Shown piece by piece: positions 38,532 to 52,726 of a stretch of 64,000 nucleotides of DNA. The stretch comes from Tubulanus polymorphus (taxonomy: Eukaryota > Animalia > Nemertea). A program made the translations under genes and the position numbers. Under the pieces are notes generated by a model. The model was given only the letters and a program-made list of their open reading frames with translations, did no database searches and was not told where the DNA came from. The stretch is from NCBI RefSeq assembly GCF_964204645.1, contig NC_134025.1, forward strand, positions 22,796,299 to 22,860,298, in the 5' to 3' direction. How positions within the stretch are numbered: the stretch's first letter is position 1; each line of letters starts with the position of its first letter.

Positions 38532-41500
38532 CTGCAAGGAAATAATTCGGTTGTAAGCGTTTTTATTTTTTCCGAATCGGTCGATTTTTTCAACAAATCG
38601 TTGAATGCCAGAAACAATCGTTTACGGATCTAATCCGATTTCGAAGTGGCGATTCGCGAATTAACAGACGCCGAGCACCGAGAACTTAAGGTCGTGATCT
38701 GAGATTCACCTATCGTGAGACCATTAACCAAACAAGTTTCCCAGATTTACCGTCGACCATTGGAAGGGTTTTAGAGTAATCTACGTAATTGGAATCAAAT
38801 AGCAGTCGTTTATTTTTATTTGTTTACCTTTCAGACGATGATCCTGAGTCAACATGAACTACAATCGAATATTGCGTCTATATTTTAGCGTTTAATTTCG
38901 TTAGGGACACTACCCGAAATATAACTTATCGGAACTGGCTCTTTGTATGTCTGGTTGGCTATATCTTGCTGACGGGTACTGGCTAACAGTTTGACCACCA
39001 GTACGTATAGCTGTTTATCACAAAGTTCTTATAATTTTCACACGAATGCCTATTGTACGTGCATGTAATAATCCTTCAGGGATTAATGCGGGCGAAAAAT
39101 TGCCGTTTTACGAGCGGGGGAAAACAGTAGCTACAACCGCGGTGGTATTTCCTCGCTGACTCACTGACCACAAGATTCCGGTCGACTAAAGACGGGAAAG
39201 AAGATATTTTGATAACGAAATTGTGTTTTATTACCTATAAAAATAAGCAAACCACCGCAACGTGTAACGAATGACACGAATACCTATACACTCGTTTTTC
39301 TTCGAATTGATTTGTTCACTTCAAATAACGACAACAACAAAAGAATTGCTATAAGAGGCGTAGGTAGATACGCATTGATTCAAAGGAAATGAAACATCAG
39401 GGGTTCATATTTTATGTGCTGATAAATCGTGACGGAATTTTGGCATAGAATTCAATAGAAAGATTCTAACTTTAAAAAAAAGATTGAAAATAAATCGAAA
39501 ATGAAGAAAAAGAAAAAATGATATCCGATTAATCATCATCCTTGAATATTCAAGCATCTTTGGTGTATATTTTTAGAAATCTTGTTGATAAGGGATAAGA
39601 AGCACGAATTTCTGTTTTTTAGAGATAACTTTACACCGCTTGTTACATAAAAATCCGCATCAGTTGGTGATAACAGGCACCTGGTGAGCTACTCTGTATT
39701 ACGGGTGGCATAAAATGTTAGTGAAAGTGGGGGCAAAGTGTTCGGCAGTGGCTCATCTTCGTTTTAATGGCTATGGAAGCGGCGCAGAATGGAAAACGTA
39801 CACTTTCTGAACCCTGAACAATAACAATTTCAGAAGCTTACTCCCTCCTGGGATTTGAGAGGCCTACTCGCATTATTTCTATACGGCTGATAAAAATGAC
39901 AAAACACACTTATCTCACCAACCCAACAAGAAAATGGATAGACAACCCGACGAAGTAACGGCAATTAAAGATGGTAAGCGGATAGCCAGGTAAATACACC
40001 ACGCATGAACTACTTCGATATGTAGGGCAACTCCAAGAACAGCTTTATGCAAGGGGGAAATTATACCAATATATGAAAATATATTATATGAAATAATATA
40101 TACGATATGAAAATCAATTCTCGGCCTATAGAGCAGGCACGTGTAGGCTTCGTGATATGGATGGAAAAGACCACTGCGTTTTCAACCGTTTCTGCATCGG
40201 AATTACAATTCCTCGCCTTCCACGGGAACTATTTTAATCAGTCAATGATGAGGATATCTGCGGGACGTAGCTCAAATCCAATCGACGATTGTACGGGCTC
40301 GATCATATCGAACCTCCTCTTTTTTAAGTTTACTGGCGTTCGTTGTAATTATTAAGTGCACCAAGGTTTTTTCTTTCTTCGACGATGTTTGCAAACAACG
40401 CATCGCCGTCTGTCTAGCCTTGTAAAATCGAAGCACTTTCAGTTTAAACTGTTCATCAATCGACGAACAGATAACGCCGGGATTATACCTGCCGCAATCA
40501 ACGTTAACGTTAAAAGTGATTTAACCATTAGATGAAGTTTTTTTCAAGCGGACTGATTTTCGCTGCGGTTGAAAAAATCCCATTATAAACAGATTCAACT
40601 GAAATTCTGTTTATTTTCTAGTTTTCTTTTAAGTGTTACTCAAACTTTTTCCGGATAACAGCATCCTCAGCTGTCGCTAGAAACGTCAATTTCATCCAGG
40701 TTGTATTCTACAAGACTGTTTTTGTAGTTCTTCGTAACTTTGAGTTTTGTGTTTTGATTGGCCAAACCGTTCGTTCGAATGACGAAAATGCCAACAAAAT
40801 CACCCATTAGATAACTAATGTGACGAAACGGGAAACATGAGGCCTAATGAAATAAACGGTAAGCGATCTTGGCAGCATTGTATACCAGTAATTAGTATAT
40901 CAGGTATGTAGCCGATTGTGCTTGCTTCTAGTATTGAAATCACCAATTAACATGTTACGCATTCTTTTCCAGTGAATACAAAATACCCTATTTTTACCCT
41001 AACAAGCATTCGTCTGCAAATACAAATCGACTGTCCAGAAGGAATTAATTTCATTTAAGTTTAGCCAAGAACCTCCAACGCTTATATACGATCTATCATT
41101 TTTGTTGTATCGTGTATTGTGAAGTGGAGTTTTCATATATGCGTCGAATCAATCGATGAAATCAATCAAGACCGCAATCGGAAATCAAAGCAGATCGATA
41201 CATTGTGCATTATTACCATACCACAATAACAGAGAGCTTTCGAAAAAATAATTATCGTCATTCTTTAAGAAACACACCCGAAATTCAAACATTACATTTC
41301 AAACAAATTAGTTCGTTGATTGATACGTTTCTAGTGCACTTCGATAGCTTTACTATTCTACATTACGTAAGTTGCTAGTAAGCATTTCAGGATAATTGTT
41401 TGCCATCTTACAAAAATGTTTACGAAACGAATATATACATATATATTTAAACTTACGAGTATTGTATCCTTCATTTCGTTAAAGTATCAGTTTCTCCATA

Positions 41501-42195
41501 GATCCCCCTCTTTCCTCTACCGCGTGTTACCGCCTTCGTTTCACTGGAACAACTGATGCGCGTGTTGGCGAATAAATGTTACCCATTTTTCGCTCTGATA
41601 AATCCTACGCTTTGCTCAGATTTGCTGTATAGCTTCGTATTAAGGTTAGTCATATAACTATCATAACCTATTTATATCCTTTATATACGTCCAATTGAAT
41701 GCGTAGCAGGCTTCGTCAAAAATTATAGAGACACGATCGGATGGCGATAGAGTTAAATGACGAGTGACATTAATTCCTGGAAAAATCCTAGGCTTACTTG
41801 ACGCTGCACCCTCATTTCACCTCTTTGATATATGACGCGATGTGTGTAGTGACATCCCACGCTGAATTTATGGTTGACAATTGACACTTTTTCTCATAGG
41901 AATCTCATTCATAGTGATTGAGAAATTACTTTGTTCATGCACATGCCATCATCGATCGAGGATCAGTCGAGTATAGAAAAAACATCGAAGCCTAACTTAA
42001 AGTAATAGCTAATTGACTCAATTGCTTTGTAATAGTTGATCTTATTCTGCACGAACAGAGGATTGAAAATTAAAGATATCTAACTAATCACAATCTCATA
42101 ATTTTCAAAATCATTTCTAAGACTGGTAAAACGAAAATAAAAGGCCGATGATGATATTAAGATTAGACAGATTAATCGACCAAAATACACCACGT

Positions 42196-42294
42196 GTTTC
42201 CGTGGCGCGACATAGAACGAACAAGCAGAAATTTGATGCAATCGGTCAGCGGCTGTTAACTGAAAGGTTGGTGGTTCGAGTCCACCAAGGGCTG
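42196..42294 (+). pseudogene. tRNA-Asn(GTT) pseudogene
   Basis: gtttccgtggcgc, an insertion of about 30 nt, then gcaatcggtcagc (gcgttc deleted) and ggctgttaactgaaaggttggtggttcgagtccaccaaggg. It aligns to the intact copies at 45616 and 46928. Confidence 0.85.
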
Positions 42295-45200
42295 TTTTAG
42301 TCAACTTATTATTTTGTATGTGCCAATAAAGGGTAATATTTATAGTGATCTTTCCGTTAGATTATTATACAATGAAAATACGGTGTAAGTCTGTGCGGTT
42401 TATCCCATACCCCGTGAATTGCACCTTGCTGTTACCCCCGCTCATTGTGGCAGACCTCACGTCGATGTAAAAACATTTTCAGAGATTCCATCCGACAGCA
42501 AATGAAGTTTCTTTCTATCGGAAATGTCATTCCTAAAAAAAAGTCTTAACTGCCATTCAAACTAAAAGATGGATAACAATTGTTGTTAACCCAACAAGCC
42601 ACGCTGACCAGACTCGAGCTATCTTATTCATATCAAAACGGTTCTAGTACATTTTATGAGTTAGATAAGGACAGATTAGGATACGGAAAATGACTTGTTA
42701 GAGAATAGATTCTGTAGTTTTCCCGACGGACACACATCGAGGTAGGATTCTGAACAGTATCAATGTGGCGCGTCAAAACTTATAAATAACATTCGTACAG
42801 GCGAAAACATATTTTCAGACAAGAGCCAAAATTCAGTCTGGGGTAATCTGAGAAAAGTATGAACCGATGCGTCAAGATGATGCAAAGCAGCACAGTAGAA
42901 GGAGAACGGATCAAAGAAGTATCAATTTTGTTATCGAGGATTACTACAGTTTTCTCGGGGAGAATCGACGAGGAATAATCCACACATTCCGCCTCGGAGC
43001 CGTGGGATCAAGCGCGATTTATTTTTTATTCTCACCGCTGCTATAACTCAAAACCTAACGCAATAAACTCGTCATCGACTCGATACAGACAAAAATTCCG
43101 CTACAGCTAAGCGATTATCCGGGGGTATTATGATAGTTCCTGACTCACGCGGTTTTTGATACTTTATCAGAATGAAAACAGCGAACGAAGCTCCCGCGCC
43201 AGTCAGAAAAAAATTCCGCCGAGAGTGGTTGAGGTAGACAGATGCGCTTCTGTAAATGCTTATGTAATCGATGTTGAAATTGATTTAACTTGATACTCGA
43301 TACACACGTGATTATTAGAAATATGATCGGCTGAATTTATCTTTATTTCGCATCGAACATGCCATTGTTATGTATACATTAAATGAGTGGAAAATCACAG
43401 AACACAACTCAAATGAATACTTTAGGGACCCTATGCTTCGCCTAAATCACCGTTTCTTTTATGTTACAAAAATTCGTTTTTCGTATCTATTTAGAGTTTT
43501 ATTTCTGTAATGCTAACAAGCTTTCTAGTTGAAGAGTAGCACACGACTGGGATACGCTTCCGATATCCAATATCCCCCCCCCCTCTATCGACGAGACGAG
43601 AACAGATAAACATATCCCCTATAAAAACAAAATCACCCTGAAGAAATAACCAACGTACCTTTCTCATTGCATCTTGCCGATAGAGACTACACAAAACGCG
43701 GATTTCGAAACGGGGCAATCAAGTCGGTCGTAATATCCGTGTCGCACACACGCGGAACGCCTCCGATTCGCGTGTTGTTTTAATTGATCTACGGTAAAAC
43801 CATAGATTTCACTATAAAACAGATTGCGAAGTAATTGTCGCACGAAATTCGATATTTTAAGACGGGAAAATCGAGCGAGATGTAAAGGGAACCTCGACAG
43901 TCGAATGGTTCGACCTTTCAGACCCAGCAAAATTCATATATACTCATAAAGCCCGTCTCTCTATATACGACCATTATCACGTACCCTTTATTGTTAACCG
44001 AAAGAAAGAATATGTATTATATATTGAGCCAGGAACAAAGTGTCCAAATGTCGGACGTGTATTCATTAGGCCATTCGCACGTGTATTATTGATTAGCGGT
44101 TTTGTGTTAATTGCTAGTTGGCTAAAGCGAATCTCTTAATTCGCTGTCGTTTATTTCTTCACAGTTTGTCGTTTCAGAACACGGTCGAATGCACCCGATA
44201 GTTATTTGATCGTGAAAAAAGAATAAAGGCGTAATGAATGGCGGAAATGATGCTCTATGATTCGCTAATTCGGGCGGTGGTAACAAATATTCCTATGGCC
44301 TAAACTATTTTATATTCATTTGTTTATTCATCGTATCAGTTTCATACAGAAAGTAGAAAGGTACACACAGGTTACAAATAAACCAAAAACAACAGATACC
44401 ATAATCGTACAAACAATACAAAATGACAAACAATTTCGCCAAAAAAAATATTTACACTCTTATATCAGACATTAATATTCAACGATATCATCAATGTTAC
44501 TGTCGTTTGATTTATCTGGAATCCACTGGAATCCACTATTATGGATGAAGACATCATTCACTATATTGACAAAAACTCTGGGTCTTAACATCGTTGGGTA
44601 AGATATTCAACCTTGATATGTATCAATGAGAATATACATATAAAAATATCAGACAGATATTTTCACGGCAGAGATGGATCCAAAGAGATCATTATTTATT
44701 CATGCATATCGTTAGCATAGTTATATTGTCATCCCAACCATGATCAACCTATAGGAATTCGATAAATGAAGTACCGTACTCGTAGACGTGAGTAAAGTTA
44801 CCGTATGGTTCATTTTTTCTAATTTTCCATATTCCGTAGCCTATTTTTAATACCACGTATCTCTATTTTATCACCTGGTTACCACTCCACGTAAGAAAAT
44901 AAAGAACGTGATTAATTCATCTGTGTCTGTCTATTAAATTGATAATCTGTGCAAATAAAATAAATAGAACATTGCAGACGTGTAAACAGGTGCCGCTTTT
45001 TATTCGAATAGACGGCTTCTTTGGTTAATCTTCATTCTGATTTGATATTCAATCCTAACATTTTTCTCAAAACTAATCAGTTAAGGTGGAATAAAGCATC
45101 TTCACGTGTAATTACCTCTCAAGCGCGAACAGCGCTTCAAGACGCGCTAATAAATCATATCAAATGCTTTCACCCCATCTTTAATTTTTTCCAATCACTA

Positions 45201-45615
45201 TTTTCAATTCAAAGTCTCAATGCATGATAATCCAATACTTAATGAGTCTTATCTTAGTCGTTTACTAAATAGCTAGACTGTCGAAGAATTTAATTGGTTT
45301 TCTTTTTTCTTCTGCTGTTGATTTGAAACAAAGACTTAAATTAAGTTGTTCAACATAGCATTTGAGTGCGACACGATAAAGACACGACTGTAAGACATGT
45401 CGTTTCGGTCAACTTCGTTAACTTAACTGATCCACTAACGATTATATTAACACCTTAACTTAACCGCCAGTAAATTTTCGATTGCGTTCACATCTTCTAA
45501 TACTGGAATCACGTCTGTTTTCATTACATATTAATTTCTATGCCTTTAAATTGTGAAAATATAACGTGTCGTCGTCGTCAAAATCTTTGAAATGCGACAC
45601 TTGTGACAATCAGCT

Positions 45616-45636
45616 GTCTCTGTGGCGCAATCGGTC

Positions 45637-45682
<46 letters not shown>

Positions 45683-45689
45683 AGGGACG
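45616..45689 (+). tRNA. trnN-GTT: tRNA-Asn (anticodon GTT)
   Basis: GTCTCTGTGGCGCAATCGGTCAGCGCGTTCGGCTGTTAACCGAAAGGTTGGTGGTTCAAGCCCACCCAGGGACG is a canonical metazoan tRNA-Asn cloverleaf with A/B boxes and a T-run Pol III terminator just downstream. Confidence 0.97.
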
Positions 45690-45774
45690 CTTTCCTTTTT
45701 ACTTTACTGGTACAGTTTTTTTTAATGTTTTGGTCAGAATGAGACACTTTTGTCAATACAGCTGAAAAACATCA

Positions 45775-46330
45775 AACAAGGAATCCAGCAACAACATAAC
45801 CACTTGATGAAATGCTGCAATTGTGCTTACAGAAAAAAAGCATGTATACTGATATATAAAGAAGTGCCTTGTTATTCCGATTTCTAATTGGTTGGTGAAA
45901 AAAACTTAGAATTCAGGCATAAGTTGATATTTTGGTTAAAAAAAGTTATAAGATGGCTATCCTGTGTCCAATTGCCACAATTTTTCTAATGATGAGTGGC
46001 CCTAGGGGGGGGAGGCACATGTTCATATGAAACATAATAATTGACTGAAGCGTCTTCGAGATCTCCTTTGAAAACTTAAAAAATGTGTGTGTAAGTGCTG
46101 ATTACAGCAAAAAACAATGGTTGCCAGCCGGCCATCTTGATTCTGATCGAGCCAGTTTTCTGGCTGCATGTTAATACGAAATACTAACTATTTATCTTCA
46201 GAAGACGTATCAAAGGATTATCTTCACAAAATGAATGGATTCCGGCTATGGATTTACGAACGAACTGCCGACGGACGGAAAGTGAACGCAATAGCCCACT
46301 GGGACTGAACTCCAAAGTGGCCTAAAAACA
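45775..46330. mobile_element. Possible non-autonomous Helitron/Helentron-type interspersed repeat (second copy about 47081-47695)
   Basis: Starts aacaaggaatcc, has a short acgg repeat, and ends in a hairpin (ccact...agtgg) followed by A's. The catgaccac.tg.tgaaatgc motif recurs in a formin intron at about 63151. Confidence 0.3.
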
Positions 46331-46927
46331 ATGGCAAGCCAATGGTAATCTGTATGAAATTCCACCATACGGAAGAAAAATGACTCCGGAAAGTTTCCTT
46401 GAGTGAAAGCGTTTCGACTATATCATAATAGTCTGAAGATGGCTTTTAGAAAGGAAACCCTTCGGGCACATTTTTTCTTAACCGTGGGATTTATCCTACC
46501 TTGTCCCGTTTATTCTGATTTCACTATTTTTCTGCATACTTGAAGTTTTAAAATATGCTTCTATGCTTTTGCAGGGTGTCGTAAAAGGTTCCAATAAGAC
46601 ATTTTCATTTCATAATAGTACGATTTGATTTTGTTTTCTTGTGCTGATTTGAAGACCTAAACTAAGCTTATCAACATAGCATTGGAGTGACACGATAAAG
46701 ACACGACTGTAAGACATGTCGTTTCGGCCAACTTCGCTAACTTTATCGATCTACTGACGATTAGAATGGCACCTTCACTTTACCATCAGTAAATTTTCGC
46801 TTACGTTCTGATACCATTCTGGTATTACAGATCAATTTCTATACCTTTCAATTGTGAAAATTTAACTTGTCATAGTAAAATCGTCGTCGTCAAAATCTTC
46901 GAAATGCGACACTTGGGACAATCAGCT

Positions 46928-46948
46928 GTCTCTGTGGCGTAATCGGTC

Positions 46949-46994
<46 letters not shown>

Positions 46995-47001
46995 AGGGAC
47001 G
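46928..47001 (+). tRNA. trnN-GTT: tRNA-Asn (anticodon GTT), second copy
   Basis: Identical to the 45616 copy except C13T, which gives a G:U pair in the D stem. A T-run follows. Confidence 0.95.
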
Positions 47002-50000
47002 CTTTCCTTTTCACTTTGCTGGTACAGTTTTTTTATGTTTTGGCCAGGAGACATTTTTGTCAATACAGCTGAAGAAAATCGAACTAGGAATCCAGCAACA
47101 ACATGACCACGTGATGAAATGCGAGGCAATCTGACAATTTCAAGACAAAATCTGACAAGCCCCCTATTGACCAAATACAGTAATCAATGACCTTAAAACT
47201 CACCACAACCTGCCACGAGCTACAACCTTGCTTATTGTGCTTACAGAAAATGCATGTATACCAATGCATAAGGAAGTACCATGTTATTCAACGCGCCTTG
47301 GTGAAAAAAAAAACGTAGAATTCAAGGCAAAGATGATATTTTTGGCACAAAAGAGGTTGTTTAAGACGGCTATCGTGTGTCCGTTTGGCCCAATTTTCTA
47401 ATGACGATTGACCCTAGGGAATACATGTACATTAAAATAATTGACTGAAGCGTCTTCAAGATCTCCCTTGAAAACTTTGTCGAACAACAATGGCCGCCAG
47501 TCGGCCATCTTGATTCTGATCGAGCCAGTTTTTGGGCTGCATGTAAATACGAAATACTAACTATTTCATCTTCAGAAGATGTATCAAAGGATTATCTTCA
47601 CAAAATGGCTGGATTCCATTCCTTCTATGGCCAGACGAACGAACTGATGACTGACGAAAAGTGAACAGCGGAACTGAAGTCCAAAGTGGCCTAACAAACT
47701 ATAGCAACTAACCTTGAATACGGTCATCTCGCCATTTTCCCACCTAAATTCTGATCAAACACTCTGTCCGTGTTGTAACGATGGTAATCTATTATAAAAT
47801 CCTACAATACGGAAGAAAAACGACTCCGAAAAGTTTCATTGAGTGAAAGCATTTCGACTATGTCCTAATAGCCTGATGATGGCTTTTGAAACCTTTCGGG
47901 TACATTTTTCTTTAATCCTGGAATTTTATCCTACCTTATCCTGTCTATTGAGAATTTACTATTAATATTTTCATACTTAAAGTTGTAAAATACGGTTTAA
48001 TGCTTTTGCAGGGTGTTGTGACAGGTTTTAACAGATATTCTCCTTTCATCAAAGTTGAGAAGAACAGCACACCATTGTCATAGATCGTATATTTCACAAT
48101 GCCTCACTCCATTGAAATCTACGACGAGTTCAGGCGCTTTAAAAGTTCGTAGTTCTTAGCAAAATTAAGTGAATATGTGTATATAATGTATTATTCAAGC
48201 ATTGATCCTGGATACGATTTCAATCAAGTAACATTAAATTAACAAAAATAACTGTAATTTATAGGTTATCTATTATGAGAACGGAACCAATTTGTTTCAA
48301 GAACTGGACTCGAATGAAACACCGAATTATCGATGATATCATGAGACTTTATCATGTTCGCACGTTTACTTACGAGAATAACGACTTTGAAAATATATAA
48401 CTAGAAGCCGAAGATTAAAAGGCGCGAGAGCCACGGAGGTGCGAGGCAGCGTTCAGTCGCCTGGCTGGCACCAATGCGGTTCAATCAACATTTAATCTCC
48501 ATTACTATTTCATCGATTCCATGAAGCTCCGATCATTGATCAGGTGCTAGAATAAGATCAATCAGCTTCTGACACGCTAGAAGCTCATCTCGCGTAGACT
48601 TGCAGACGACATCGGGTCCGCGAGGTGTATTAGATTAAGAAACAAATCCCGTAACAGCTCGCTTTCCACGTTCACCGTTGTTGATTCAGCGAGTAGAATT
48701 TTTCCGAGAATAAACCGTTTTTTTCTCGTGTGTAATCCTTGCTCACCGATCGTTATTATTTTTTTAAAGAAATTACGTGACGCTTCGTTGTTGTTTAGTT
48801 TATTTTCATGTTTGCTTTGGTGATTAATTCATTTCTCGGGAAGGTATATATATCCGTTTTAAAACGTTTAGACACCAACAGCAGGCGCCACGTTTCTGGC
48901 GTCCTCGGGCCTCGCTCGATCAATCCGACTTTCCGGTATTTATTGACTTGCCCGTATTATTAGTTAAGCCGGAGAAGACTCGGCTCCAGTGTAATAAATC
49001 CGTCTTTCATAATAAGTTAGACAAATAGATCCTGGCACCATGCAGATTAAGCAGTCATATTCTTAACAAGTGATCTATGACCTATAGAAACATACTGGAG
49101 TAGTTAACTATTTTTTAAACTTCATCAAACTTCTTCAAATATGAGATTGACCAATTATACTAAAATATTTAATATCTAAAGTCACAACGTGGCTAAGCAT
49201 TCCCTCGGAGAAACACGAGTAGGATACTTCGTTATTTTCACTGACTTCAATTCAATATCCCACCCTTAATTCCCTCCCCTTTTCTTATGTTAAAATTTGT
49301 ATACATTCGTATTGGGTGTACTTATTGTTGAATGTTGTCACATCATATGATTAAGATCATATGATCATATTATGTTAATTATTTGGCGATTTTTTGGCCA
49401 AACTTTTCGCAAAATATATACATGTATGTTTCAATTTGCAACAATTTTGTAATAAACTTAGTTTCACCAGTCATTTATACTAATAAATGACCTTTATCAA
49501 TCAACTACATGTCTTGTTTATTTTGCTTCAAACAAAGCTCGTCGTTTTCCATTTCTCACGGAGCGGGGATATCATAAAAATATTTAATATCTAAAGTCTC
49601 TTTTATATTTTTATGATACATTGTAATTTATTGTGGAAATGAATCATTATCGTAACTATTATTATTATTATCATTATCCTCGTTAGCATAACTATTGCGA
49701 CCATTTTAGAATCGGTGTATTATAAACTAAATTTTGCGGACATTTTGTTGGCATCGTGTGCCGATATCCTGGAAGGCAAGCAGCAAAAATGACTAATTAA
49801 AGAAAATCTCTCAATTCGCCATTTTCACGCCATTCTACGCTTTCGATATCATATCAAATTATAAATCAGACGGAAAATAGAATAATCAGTTAATATTGTG
49901 GCTCTATTTTCAGAAAATAGTTTACCCGACTCGCCTGTCTGCCCGAAGTCTACGGCAGGCGACGCGAAGGCGAACCGATTCGATAGAATTTATTTTGTAA

Positions 50001-52678
50001 TGAAGAATACAGTGAAGTACGCTTATTACATCCCTAATGTTTTTACTACGGAGCCTTTGCCTATTAGATTAACCAAAGAGAAAACACGTGTGTAATCTTC
50101 TAGTCGGCTTGCCTGTTACATTTTGAGACAATAACTTCGGAAAAATCTATTTTTTCTTTTAAAGAGATTTTACTAATTTTTTCACACATTCAAAATAGCG
50201 TATACGATAGTTTTTTTCGATTCCTTTTTTTTAGAAGGTTCCAACTTCAATTAATAAGTATCGGTCATAACAACACTTAACTAAACTTTATCGGGAGAGA
50301 TACTTTAGCATATTAATCGAAATAGACCTCAAACAACCATAACAGACCTTTCGGCAACTTGTTCGTGGTCTAAGGTGATTTTGAAAGTCGTCACTCGGAA
50401 TCTTGACACACGCGGTAAGAGTTTTTTTATTGTAGTACTGGAGGCATTCGTGTTATTTGGTTTCCCCTACTCCCACGTCTCAGTGGCGGTCTCTTGGCTT
50501 AAATTGTCTCCAAACTCCGTTTGCCATGTCGCCACGCACCATAACCTTGAGATCACTTCAAATAAAATAGGTACTTCACTATTTTATAAATCCTATTAGC
50601 TGACACTCGACTAGTAGAGTTTGTCAACATTAGCTGCCAGCCGAAACAAAAATTATTGTGATATGTGTACGACAAATGTAGTGTTTAGAGTTGTCTTGGA
50701 TAAGAGCCTCTCGAGGAAAGTTAACAGACCCGAGACTGCGAGCCTGGAAGCAAGAAGACTAATTCCTGTTCGTCAAAGGGAAATAGTAATCCCGTATTCC
50801 GAAGCGACTGTCAAATCAAGGAAATCGGACAGACGCGCTAAACTTTCATTGACGCCAATATTACTTCGAAAATCATGTCTAAGTATGTAAGTCTTCGTTG
50901 GAAGTGCGTGTCTACCGGTGAGAGATGTATTCAGATATTTTCGTGTGCAAAATGCACTTAAAAGTTTCAGAATAATATACAGTTCCCAGTGCCCTGTCAA
51001 AAAAATCCCAAAAGTTCTCAAATTAATTTATGAATCTCTTTGTGAAATATTGACTGATATCATATTTATTCTTAAGATTATTTCAAAATCGATATATCTA
51101 ATATTATTTCATTTCAGTTATGTACATGTTCAAATTTCACTCGAAATTTCCTTATCAAGAAAAATTTACAGCGGGGCTTGAGATTATGACCACAAGAATT
51201 TGCATTTTCTGTGGAAATTATGTGACCAAAATTATGAATACCGTAATCTATTTGGAAACCACGCGCTAGGGCAATCGTGATGTGTTCTCACTTAATTTTC
51301 CATATAAATGCCAGCATTCAACCCACCAATTCAAGTTTTTAAAAAAATTTGCAGTATGCGGATTTATAATGTACGTGACTTATTTTCTGAAAGAATGCTT
51401 AAAAACATTCCCTCGTTATTAATAGTTAACTCGACAATTCATTTCATAATGACCTCTCTAATAAATGAAGGCGTGGTTAAGTTCGCTATGTACATATATA
51501 CATCCATAACGATTGAAACTTATTCCGTATTCAAAGAAATTAGATTTCGGTAAGAAATGTGAAAGGCATAAATGCGGGGCAGGCTGACGCCGGTTGTCAG
51601 CCGAATCGCGTGACAACCTTGCTGGTATTGAATCGATGCTGCTCAAGGCGTTGGAGGTGTAGTCTCACCTTGAATCGTCGCTACAAAACCAACCAGTTGA
51701 TCAAGTTCCGAATTACTGATGCTCAGAGACTCCGGACCGTGAATATCACCTGCGAAAAACTAATTTTTATAAGGTATGTATTAATGTGTAGAATCTTGAT
51801 TTCTTTTTAAAGCGGAATGTTGCAAATTGATTTATTCATCAACTATCAGCCCAGGTATCAATAGTTACATCGAAATATCATGCACATTGTTAGAATAATT
51901 TTCAGTTTTACATCTGAATAAAGGGATTTCAGAAAAATTAAAACATCCGCTTTTTCCATCAATGAATTCGAAAATACATTTTAGCAAAAATTCTTTAAGA
52001 CTAGTCTTTATTAATTTTTGTTAAGTTATTTCAAATTCTTTAATTCAAACATACTTTGATATCTCACAGTCAGTTTATTTATAAGGAGCTGCATTGTACA
52101 GATCGTTTGCATATGTATGTATATATAGTAATTCATTTTTTCACATTTGCGGATGAACACTCTTGCGCACGTACATAGAGTGCACAATAGGTTTTTAATT
52201 TGATTATTCGCTCACTATTCAGCGTTGGTCCATACATAGATTTTAGATTGTCGCATCCAGCGAGCCGCCTGTCTCTGGCTCTCGTAAATTCCTCGACCAT
52301 CGTGGCGCTACGTGCACTTAGTTAAAGCTATAATTCATCGATAAAATACCACCGGCTTTAGATAGACTCGATGATAAAACGTCGCATTGAACTAAAATGT
52401 CTCTGGTCCAATTTACACTATTATCATAAGAGTTTTCACGGAAGCCGACGAGTCCTTGTAAATAACATTTTCAAAGTTCAAGAAAAAAGATAACATTTTT
52501 GCCGGGGTCTTATTATTTCGACCGTCAGAGTTCTCCTCGTGCTTGAATTTTAAAGGGGCTGCATTCATTGTTAAACGTATGACATCGAGGCTGCTGAAGT
52601 AGCGAGGCTTTCGATCCCCCCCCAAAAAAAAACAGAAAACTTAGCTTAATTTTGGTGTAATCTTTTATTTTTCCCATT

Positions 52679-52726
52679 AGCTCAATATAAGCAATTATCA
52701 GCAGCTCAATATAAGCAATTATCAGC
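52679..52726. repeat. Exact 24-bp tandem duplication
   Basis: agctcaatataagcaattatcagc occurs twice in tandem. Confidence 0.9.

Larger units (their letters stand above)
45298..48050. repeat. Diverged tandem duplication of a 1.3-1.4-kb unit (about 45298-46615 and 46627-48050), each with one tRNA-Asn
   Basis: Collinear shared blocks include acacgataaagacacgactgtaagacatgtcgtttcgg, ggccatcttgattctgatcgagccagtttt, atcaaaggattatcttcacaaaatg and tgcttttgcagggtgt. Confidence 0.92.
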
